This document shows, piece after piece, positions 56,610-64,000 of a stretch of 64,000 nucleotides of DNA. The position numbers and the translations under genes were made by a program. The stretch's first letter is position 1; each line of letters opens with the position of its first letter. The DNA comes from Phycisphaerae bacterium. GTDB taxonomy: Bacteria > Planctomycetota > Phycisphaerae > UBA1845. Under the pieces are notes generated by a model. It did no database searches, had not been told where the DNA came from, and saw nothing but the letters and a program-made list of their open reading frames with translations. The DNA lies in assembly GCA_963675765.1 (NCBI GenBank), contig OY776568.1:2313407-2377406 (forward strand), read 5' to 3'.

Positions 56610-58238
56610 ATGCTTTGGACCCTGCAGAAATATATTTTTCGTGAGATGGGTAAGTCATTCCTGCTCACCGCCGTCGGTCTGATAGTGGTCTTGGGGCTAG
56701 GCGGAGGGGTGATGAACATGATCGAGCTGGAGGGTGTAACAGCCCTGCAGATCCTTCGTCTAATGGGACTGGTTTTGCCAGTAGCCGCCTCTCTGACACT
56801 GCCGATCGCAGCCTTGTACTCAGCCACGGTCACGTATGGTCGGCTCAGTGCGGACAACGAGTTCGTAGCTTGCAGGAGCGGGGGCATTAACCTGCACATT
56901 CTGTTGCTACCGACTTTGGTAATAAGTCTGTTCTCTGCATTGTGTTCTTTCTTTTGCATCAACTTCGTGATCCCTGGCATGATCATGAACATAGACCGGT
57001 TTGTCACGACAGACATGCCTCGGTTCATCAAGCAGCAGTTGGCAGCACCTGGCCGGCTAGCTCTGAAGGGGGACAACTACCGCATTTACGCAGACAAGAG
57101 CGAGATTCGGCAGGAAGCGACTGACTCTGGTGACGCGACGGAGCTGCACGTCGAGGGCGTCGCGTTTGTTGAGATGGACGACGGCAAATGGACGCGTTTC
57201 GGGACGGCTGAGTCAATTGAGATAGCATTCACTTCTCCGGGAGACGTTCCGACGATCGCGGCCAATATGTATGAGTTGAGCATCTACGATGCCAAGACTG
57301 GTCGCTACTCTGATTTTCACCACGAATCGATCGGCCAGTATCCGATTCCGGAGAAGTTTCCCCTGGAAGTCAAATGGCTGGTTTTGGGCGACCTGCTACG
57401 CTATCGGCAGCAGCCATCCTTGTTCCCAGAGATTGACCAGAGTTTAGTATTTCTACGAGCAGCGGTAGCGCGAGCTATCTTTTATGCGGAGATCAAGAGG
57501 CAATTTCTCGCATCGGGAGAGGTGGTGTTTGGGGATAAGCAAACACAGTTCCGAGTGCGGTCGCGCACTCTGAGTCCGGACCCTCAGGACAACCGGCCAA
57601 GGTTCGAGGAGAATCTAGAGATTGTGGAAACACGCTCTGATGGGCTAATCAGGACGATAACAGCGGACTCCGCGTTTATGAAGGTAGCCGAGTCCAAAGC
57701 GCAGCAAGCAGTGTGCGTATCGCTGGAGGCGAACGGCAATGTTGAGATAACCACAAACAGGTTTCCTGAGGCAAGAACCAAGCGCAACCACGAAAAGTTG
57801 ACTCCGGTCAAGCTGCCGGATGAAGTCGTGCACCAGGCATTATCGTTTCCGACGGACAGACTCCTGGACTCCAGCGGAAAGTCATTGGGATTGGGAACAC
57901 TAGTAGACAAAAGGAAGGCAGCCCTTCTGGAGGACATTGCGAAGTTAACCAGAGACATCACAGGAGAGTTGCATTCAAGGTTGGCGATAAGCGTGAGTGT
58001 TTTCGTGCTGGTGATTCTCGGGGCCGCATTGGCGATTGTCCTGCGAGGTTCGCAGGTTCTAGTTGCATTTGGAATCAGTTTCATCCCATCACTGTTCGTA
58101 ATCAGCACGATCATCATGGGGAAACAGTTGATCGACAATCCAGAGACGCTCACGACGGGCATAAGTGTGGTATGGCTGGGAATCGTGGTTACAGGGATAA
58201 TAGACTTGGTTATTCTAACCAAGGCTTTGCGGCGATAG
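56610..58238 (+). CDS. LptF/LptG-family (YjgP/YjgQ) permease, long form
   Basis: 542 aa. MLWTLQKYIFREMGKSFLLTAVGLIVVLGLG is the typical family N-terminus. Six TM segments with an enlarged periplasmic domain. Confidence 0.8.
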   Translation: MLWTLQKYIFREMGKSFLLTAVGLIVVLGLGGGVMNMIELEGVTALQILRLMGLVLPVAASLTLPIAALYSATVTYGRLSADNEFVACRSGGINLHILLLPTLVISLFSALCSFFCINFVIPGMIMNIDRFVTTDMPRFIKQQLAAPGRLALKGDNYRIYADKSEIRQEATDSGDATELHVEGVAFVEMDDGKWTRFGTAESIEIAFTSPGDVPTIAANMYELSIYDAKTGRYSDFHHESIGQYPIPEKFPLEVKWLVLGDLLRYRQQPSLFPEIDQSLVFLRAAVARAIFYAEIKRQFLASGEVVFGDKQTQFRVRSRTLSPDPQDNRPRFEENLEIVETRSDGLIRTITADSAFMKVAESKAQQAVCVSLEANGNVEITTNRFPEARTKRNHEKLTPVKLPDEVVHQALSFPTDRLLDSSGKSLGLGTLVDKRKAALLEDIAKLTRDITGELHSRLAISVSVFVLVILGAALAIVLRGSQVLVAFGISFIPSLFVISTIIMGKQLIDNPETLTTGISVVWLGIVVTGIIDLVILTKALRR

Positions 58239-58266
58239 GGAGCCGGCCAAGGCGATTAGAAGCTCC

Positions 58267-59379
58267 ATGGGCATTATAGATAGACACATAATCAAGGGTT
58301 TGCTGGCCAACTACCTCATTGCGATCGGCGTAATGATCAGCTTGTACATAGTGCTCGATCTGTTTTTCAACATGGACGAGTTTACGGAGAGCGTTTCGGG
58401 CACGACGGATGTGATGCTCGATATTGTGAGTTTCTACGGCGCTCGCGTTTTTCTCTATTTCGCCCAGCTGTCTGGAGTAATAACGCTTTTTGCATGTCTA
58501 ATCACGCTGGCCCGAATGCGACAGCAGCGAGAGCTTATCGCAGTGCTTGCGTCAGGCGTAAGCCTTTACAGAGTAGCTGCGCCAGTTATGGCTTTTGGGT
58601 TGGCGACCACTGCCATGTGGTATGTGGATACAGAGTTGATCATTCCTTCGATAGCGCACAAACTTGCCAGACGGCACGATGATGCCCGAGGTCTCAAAAC
58701 CTATGGAGTTTGGTTTCTTCAAGACCGCGATGATGCCCTTCTCTCCGCACAGCAGTATGTACCTGGCGAAGGAACGATCAAACGGCTGTTGGTGATAAAG
58801 CGAAACGAAACCGGGCACTTATCCAGCATCATTGAAGCGGAGCGAGCGACATGGGAACCGTCTACAGACAATAGTGAGTTCCTGGGGACATGGAAGCTCG
58901 AACGGGGTACAGAGAAGACCAGAATTGAAGAAACAGGAGACAGCCTCGCGCCGCAGGGAGACTTCGTGAGCAGCCTAATCGCCAGTTATCCAAGCAATCT
59001 TGATCCGAAGACGATCGAAATGCGACAGTCAACCGGATGGATACGTTATCTGAGTTCCATGCAATTGAAGGAGTTGGCGAACCGGGCTGAGGGATACACA
59101 TTGGAGCAAATCCAAGATGCCCGTCATTCTCGTTTCACGACTCCCATTGTGAGCCTGATCATGCTCGCATTGGGTTTACCATTTGTTTTGGACCGGATAC
59201 CTGCAGGAGTCGTTGCTGCAGGCAGCAAGAGTTTGTTAGTGTGCGGTTCGTGTTTTCTAGTAGCGTTTGTTTCACAAAGCATTGGCAGCCCAACGCATCT
59301 TTCCGCGTTGCCGGCGTGGCTTCCGGTTATCATCTTCGCACCCATAACAGCTGTTCTGTTCGATCGAATTCGCACATAG
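58267..59379 (+). CDS. LptF/LptG-family (YjgP/YjgQ) permease
   Basis: 370 aa. The N-terminus is MGIIDRHIIKGLLANYLIAIGVMISLYIVLDLF. Adjacent paralog of the previous gene. Confidence 0.8.
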   Translation: MGIIDRHIIKGLLANYLIAIGVMISLYIVLDLFFNMDEFTESVSGTTDVMLDIVSFYGARVFLYFAQLSGVITLFACLITLARMRQQRELIAVLASGVSLYRVAAPVMAFGLATTAMWYVDTELIIPSIAHKLARRHDDARGLKTYGVWFLQDRDDALLSAQQYVPGEGTIKRLLVIKRNETGHLSSIIEAERATWEPSTDNSEFLGTWKLERGTEKTRIEETGDSLAPQGDFVSSLIASYPSNLDPKTIEMRQSTGWIRYLSSMQLKELANRAEGYTLEQIQDARHSRFTTPIVSLIMLALGLPFVLDRIPAGVVAAGSKSLLVCGSCFLVAFVSQSIGSPTHLSALPAWLPVIIFAPITAVLFDRIRT

Positions 59380-59594
59380 AGTGGCCATGAATCTCGGTCA
59401 ACACAGACTCCCTTTTTTCGTTGTCTGATGTAGAGGTCCAGCGGGAAGCGATTTGCCCGGAATGAGGCACATGGTCTGTCCTCTGGTGAGCATGGAAGGC
59501 AAAAGAAAGCCGGACGCCGATTTCCTTCCTCAGGTCCCTTGGCAGCAATCGGACTCTGCCGAGGGAGATCGGACGTCGATCTCGGGGCACGTTA

Positions 59595-59685
59595 TGTAGC
59601 AAGCTCTATCCAAGTGCAGCGGCTGAACGTCCGTCTTCCCCGGTAGATTCCGGTGGTTTGACGCCCCGTTAGGATTAGCAGCGTT
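59595..59685 (-). repeat. About-90-bp structured intergenic repeat, copy J (reverse)
   Basis: The + strand reads tgtagcaagctctatccaagtgcagcggctgaacgtccgtcttccccggtagattccggtggtttgacgccccgttaggattagcagcgtt. It lies between the second LptF/G-family gene and tdk. Confidence 0.9.
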
Positions 59686-59736
59686 ATGTGAGATAGTTGC
59701 TTCACATTCGATGCTCCGGCTGGCACAATCTGGGCC

Positions 59737-60345
59737 ATGAATAGCAATACAGAGGGCAATGGAGTCCACACGGCGGTTTCGCGTGGCAGCGTCGAATTGA
59801 TCTGCGGATGCATGTTCAGCGGAAAAACTACTGCTTTGCTGCAGCGGTTAGAACAGGACGAGGCGAGATGCATTCTAGTAATCAAGCACACGAAGGATGC
59901 TCGATACTCGCGCACGCGAATAATGACGCACGACGGTCATGGCTGTGACGCGGTGTCGGCAGCGGAGGCAGAGGACATCATCCAGCAGACATCTGAGTCG
60001 ACGGAGGTTGTGGCCATCGATGAGGGCCACTTCTACGACGAGAAATTGCCGGAGGTTGTCGACAGGCTGGCAAATGCGGGTAAGCGTGTGCTGATCACCA
60101 CTCTGGATATGGACATGTGGGGCAGACCATTTCCAATAATCCAGGAGATTGAGCGGTTGGCCACACGTGTAAGTCGGCAATTGGCTAGGTGCGCGGTGTG
60201 TGGCCAACCAGGAACACACACTCAGAGAAGAACGCCGATTGTTAATCGCAACCTTGTTGGTGGAAGTGATGATTTTGAACCCAGGTGTGGGACATGTTGG
60301 AGGCCGCCACCCGAGTCCCCCATTGATAGTAATGAAATGGCATAA
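59737..60345 (+). CDS. tdk: Thymidine kinase
   Basis: 202 aa. P-loop GCMFSGKTTALL, IDEGHF, and a C-terminal Zn ribbon CAVCG...CGTC. Confidence 0.9.
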   Translation: MNSNTEGNGVHTAVSRGSVELICGCMFSGKTTALLQRLEQDEARCILVIKHTKDARYSRTRIMTHDGHGCDAVSAAEAEDIIQQTSESTEVVAIDEGHFYDEKLPEVVDRLANAGKRVLITTLDMDMWGRPFPIIQEIERLATRVSRQLARCAVCGQPGTHTQRRTPIVNRNLVGGSDDFEPRCGTCWRPPPESPIDSNEMA

Positions 60346-60372
60346 GCTGCGCCGCAGGCGGCTTTCCGCTCT

Positions 60373-60464
60373 GAGAAATAAGCTCCATTCAGGTATAGCC
60401 TCTGAAGCCTGGCTTTCCCCAGTGGATGGTCGACGCTTGACGCCACGTTTGGATTAACAACGCC
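60373..60464 (-). repeat. About-90-bp structured intergenic repeat, copy K (reverse)
   Basis: The + strand reads gagaaataagctccattcaggtatagcctctgaagcctggctttccccagtggatggtcgacgcttgacgccacgtttggattaacaacgcc. It begins 27 nt after the tdk stop. Confidence 0.8.
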
Positions 60465-60685
60465 ATCTGCCCTCTCTTCAGACGTAGAGGAGAAGGTGTC
60501 TGACAGAGGAGTACGTGGAAGAAATCGGTGTTGACATGAGTGTCAGTCAACGGCTACTGAGCAAGCCTACTTTGAATGTAACCTTTGTAGTAGTCTTTTC
60601 TTGGGCGCATTCTCACTGTCTGACACCACCATTGAAGAAGTGACCTTCCACGAGAAGGATGATCGAAGCGATGTGACAGGGCGAG

Positions 60686-61771
60686 TCATGGCTGGCAAAG
60701 CTGAATGGCCTCGCGAACAAGACTGTCAGACACTTTGTCGGTAATCACTGTCTCACCCAAGCCATTAAGAAGAACCCACAGCCTCTTGCCGGCCTTCACC
60801 TTCTTATCCCCATAGGTAAGCTGATGAACTTCTTCCAGATCGAAAGGGTGGGGTGCCTTAATAGGTAAAGCGAATTGCTGAAGGAGTGAGCGGATGCGCC
60901 GCAGTTGTGGTTCAGCAAGAAGCCCCTCTTCGCGGGAGATGAAGGCCGCCGCGGCCATGCCGATGGAGACTGCTTCCCCGTGTCTTAGTCCATAGCTGAA
61001 CCAGCTTTCGATGGCATGTCCTATGGTATGGCCAAAATTGAGAATAGCTCTGAGTCCATGCTCTTTTTCATCCTGCTCAACAACGTTTGCCTTAATTCGC
61101 ATGTTCCGCTCGACGAGTTCCGCCATTGTGGCTGGTTCAACGGCGAGGATGGAGGAGGCCAGGCGCTCATGCCAATCGAGGAAGTCAGAGTCGGCTATGA
61201 GCGCATGCTTGACTGACTCTGCGAGTCCCGAGGAGATATCTCTGGCGGGCAAGGTTCTGAGACATTGAGGGTCCACGACGATGAGTCTGGCGTGATGGAA
61301 TGCCCCGATAAGGTTCTTTCCAGAGGTATGGTTAACGGCCGTTTTGCCGCCAATGGCTGCATCCACATCAGCTTCGAGGGTTGTGGGGCAGGTGATGTAA
61401 TCGATTCCGCGCATCCAGGTAGCGGCCGCAAATCCTGTAAGGTCGCTCACGACACCTCCTCCCAGTGCTAGTAGCAGACCATCGCGAGGGCAGCGAGCGT
61501 CGGCAAGGCAGTCGTATATCCTGGTCAATTCGTTGATGTTCTTCGATTCGTCGCCCGGCTCAATAGTGTGGAGAAGTGCATGCACGCCGGCGTTCTGAAG
61601 GCTGGCAGCAACCTGATCGAAGTACATGGAGGCGACGGTCGTATCGGAGCAAATGACTACAACAGGTGGGGTACCAATACTCTGAACCCACTTTCCAATG
61701 TGCTCAAGAACTCCGCCTTCGATGACTATCTCGCAAGCGCCGCGCGAAATATCAAGATTGAATTGCGTCAC
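60686..61771 (-). CDS. aroB: 3-dehydroquinate synthase
   Basis: 361 aa. Motifs are LGGGVVSDLTGFAAATWMRGI, GGKTAVN and NFGHTIGHAIE. GTG start. Confidence 0.9.
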   Translation of the reverse strand: MTQFNLDISRGACEIVIEGGVLEHIGKWVQSIGTPPVVVICSDTTVASMYFDQVAASLQNAGVHALLHTIEPGDESKNINELTRIYDCLADARCPRDGLLLALGGGVVSDLTGFAAATWMRGIDYITCPTTLEADVDAAIGGKTAVNHTSGKNLIGAFHHARLIVVDPQCLRTLPARDISSGLAESVKHALIADSDFLDWHERLASSILAVEPATMAELVERNMRIKANVVEQDEKEHGLRAILNFGHTIGHAIESWFSYGLRHGEAVSIGMAAAAFISREEGLLAEPQLRRIRSLLQQFALPIKAPHPFDLEEVHQLTYGDKKVKAGKRLWVLLNGLGETVITDKVSDSLVREAIQLCQP

Positions 61772-62153
61772 GTAGCACCACCCTTAAGTTTCTTATTTAC
61801 AGACAATTACAGCCGCCGTCTTTGTAATGTGGGGCTGTGAGAATCCTGATCGGGCGTTCGCCCTGGTCCGAAAACCTTGAAATCGTCGTAATTTCTTGTA
61901 TCATAATTGCTTGCGGTACGAAAGGTGTTAGTTGGTCCTTAATCAAGGGTGAACCTTCAGGCTTCGTACGGCGTATACGAGAGAGAGCACATGGCGCGAA
62001 TTCCCAAGAACGAGGACGACCCGAGTTTGCGACGGTTGGCTTAGTTCTATTGTTGCTACAGTTGTTCGCTGCCAACCGTCCCATGTTATCGGCACTTGGC
62101 ATGATGCCAAAGTGGCTCAGTTCGCGATACCAGTTCAGGATTGAATCGGCAAG

Positions 62154-63686
62154 ATGTCACGTTCAACCATCACAAAACCGAAGTCCCGATCGAGTTCCCG
62201 CGTATCAGCAAGGGGATCCGCTGCAAAAATGAGTTCGGCAAGCGTGTCTGCCAAGAGCAACGGCACCTCACGAGCGAAGTTTCGGACATATCGATCGGCC
62301 CTAAATTATCTCAAGGCTACTACCAACTACGAGAATTTGCCGCCGGCAGGCTATGACAAGCGGAACTTCAATCTTGTACGGATGACGAAGATTCTGGAGC
62401 ACCTTGGTTGTCCCGAAAGCAAGATGAAGACGGTGCACATTGCAGGCACGAAGGGCAAGGGCAGTACTGCGACCATGGTAGCCTGTATGCTGCGCAATTG
62501 CGGGTACAAGGTCGGCTTGTACACATCTCCGCACCTGCTTTCGGTGTGCGAGAGGATGACTATCGATGGGGTACCGCCAAGCGAGAAGGAATTTGCCAAA
62601 GTACTTTCGACGGTGGCGATTGCTGCGGAACGTGCCAACGGTTGTGAAACTCTGAAGGAGGAGATCGCAAATGCGGCAGCCGCCTCGCCAACACGCAGAC
62701 GAAATATCCGAGATGCCAATCCAACGTTTTTTGAGTTGATCACGGCAGCAGCTTTTCAATGGTTTGCAGATAACGAAGTAGACGTTGCGATAATCGAGGC
62801 CGGTTTGGGTGGGCGACTGGACTCGACGAACGTGATCAAGCCTGAAGTCTGCGCTATTACGAGCATCAGCTACGATCACATGCCTCAGCTGGGTACGACG
62901 CTGGCATCGATTGCGGAGGAGAAGGCGGGCATTATCAAGGAAGGTATTCCTGTGGTGAGCGCTCCGCAGCGTCCTGAAGTTGTTCAGGTATTGCGAAGCG
63001 CTGCGGCGAATAAGGAAGCCCCGCTTTACTTCCCAGGCGAAAACAGTGAATTCAGTTATCGCTTTGAATCGAACCGGACGGTTGGTCCACACACTCGGTT
63101 GTCGCTTACGACTGAGCAGAGCCGTTTCGAGCATCTTCAAGTGCCACTGCCAGGAGAGCACCAGGCGATCAACTGCAGTGTAGCTCTATCGATGATCGAT
63201 CAGTTAAAGACTCGCGGCTTCGAGATAGACGACCAGAAGGCGATCGAGGGGCTTTCGAGTGTACAGTTACGTGGTCGGATGGAGATTATCCGAGACGAGC
63301 CACGGATCCTGGTAGATGGTGCCCACAACGCGGCAAGCGTGGAAGCACTCATGCGAGCAATTGGGCAGACGGTTCCGTACGACTCGATGGTAGTGATTTT
63401 TGCCTGCCAGAAGGACAAGGACGTTGCAGGCATGCTCCGGCATGTGCAACTTGGAGCGGACAAGATCATTTTCACGAGTTCAGGCACAGCTCGCTCTGCA
63501 GATCCCGAGGAGTTGCTGCATATGTTCCAGGAGATCTCCGGCAAGATGGCGCAGGTAGCGTACAACCTCGAAGAAGCGGTTGAGATAGCCAGAAGCGCCT
63601 GCACTCGCGAGGATTTGATCTGTATTACTGGTTCCTTTTACGTTGTCGGCGCCGCTACGCGTTTGTTCGGCAATGGAGCTGAGTAG
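62154..63686 (+). CDS. folC: Bifunctional folylpolyglutamate synthase / dihydrofolate synthase
   Basis: HIAGTKGKGST P-loop. Mur-ligase central and C-terminal domains (DGAHNAAS). The start is uncertain (62154 or 62229). Confidence 0.85.
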   Translation: MSRSTITKPKSRSSSRVSARGSAAKMSSASVSAKSNGTSRAKFRTYRSALNYLKATTNYENLPPAGYDKRNFNLVRMTKILEHLGCPESKMKTVHIAGTKGKGSTATMVACMLRNCGYKVGLYTSPHLLSVCERMTIDGVPPSEKEFAKVLSTVAIAAERANGCETLKEEIANAAAASPTRRRNIRDANPTFFELITAAAFQWFADNEVDVAIIEAGLGGRLDSTNVIKPEVCAITSISYDHMPQLGTTLASIAEEKAGIIKEGIPVVSAPQRPEVVQVLRSAAANKEAPLYFPGENSEFSYRFESNRTVGPHTRLSLTTEQSRFEHLQVPLPGEHQAINCSVALSMIDQLKTRGFEIDDQKAIEGLSSVQLRGRMEIIRDEPRILVDGAHNAASVEALMRAIGQTVPYDSMVVIFACQKDKDVAGMLRHVQLGADKIIFTSSGTARSADPEELLHMFQEISGKMAQVAYNLEEAVEIARSACTREDLICITGSFYVVGAATRLFGNGAE

Positions 63687-63722
63687 CTTCGCCAGCGAGC
63701 ATCACGTTATTGCAGGTATAGT

Positions 63723-63760
63723 AAGAGGCTTCGGCAGACATGCTGAAGCCTCTTTTGTAC
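63723..63760. terminator. Hairpin terminator between convergent folC and the right-edge gene (possibly bidirectional)
   Basis: Perfect 10-bp stem AAGAGGCTTC (63723-63732) / GAAGCCTCTT (63745-63754) followed by ttgtacttt. Confidence 0.7.
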
Positions 63761-63762
63761 TT

Positions 63763-64000
63763 TCAGTTTTCCTTGTTGCCGATAGTAGCGCAGATAGGCG
63801 TCCAAAGCCCTTTCTTTCTGCGCCTAACCTTGGCAAACCCAGCATTTTGGAAATACTTATCGATAGTGGTCCACGAAGCATGACACACGCCACCTTCGAC
63901 TTTGTGAATGACTATATCGAAGGTGACCCAACCCACTACGCAATCTCGGAATCCATCAATCAGAATGAAGCGGCCTTGGCGGCGCAGCAAATCGAAGATG
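63763..64000 (-). CDS. Hypothetical protein, partial (the N-terminus lies beyond the right window edge)
   Basis: The minus-strand frame is open from the window edge to the stop at 63763 (...IFDLLRRQGRFILIDGFRDC...YFQNAGFAKVRRRKKGLW). No family recognised. Confidence 0.3.
   Translation of the reverse strand, partial: IFDLLRRQGRFILIDGFRDCVVGWVTFDIVIHKVEGGVCHASWTTIDKYFQNAGFAKVRRRKKGLWTPICATIGNKEN

Overview
This 64-kb window looks chromosomal and is mostly housekeeping genes. There are no tRNA or rRNA genes, no CRISPR array and no prophage. The gene content suggests an anaerobic PVC-superphylum bacterium (Planctomycetota/Phycisphaerae- or Kiritimatiellota-like); that taxonomic guess is inference only.

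Left to right:
- rnf operon (rnfC-D-G-E-A-B, minus strand) with an upstream small Cys-rich membrane protein and apbE.
- A prepilin-type protein and a dockerin-like secreted protein.
- A cell-envelope locus: PEP-CTERM protein, an intact IS5/IS1182-type insertion, two sulfatase-like+TPR paralogs, a NeuD-type acetyltransferase, an EpsI-like protein and a 1586-aa TPR protein.
- Two CNNM/DUF21-CBS proteins, STAS, Smr, RNase D, ComEC, a HAD phosphatase, PPi-type phosphofructokinase and gdhA.
- An ECF sigma / anti-sigma pair, an MCP, an XRE-HTH plus membrane protein pair, a hypothetical protein, short-form hcp and a secreted coiled-coil protein.
- A receiver + PEP/pyruvate-binding protein, proBA, fbp, a cytidylyltransferase-PfkB kinase fusion, two LptF/G-type permeases, tdk, aroB and folC.

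The most interesting signals are non-coding:
1. A structured intergenic repeat of about 90 bp that I do not recognise occurs at least 15 times.
2. Its orientation is perfectly polarised: 11 forward copies lie left of about 53 kb and 4 reverse copies lie right of it.
3. The flip coincides with a switch in strand composition and third-codon-position G/C preference near proB/fbp. The polarity of that switch is the one expected at a replication origin.

All functional calls come from motif and family recognition by eye. Repeat boundaries are accurate to a few bp. No database search or folding program was run.
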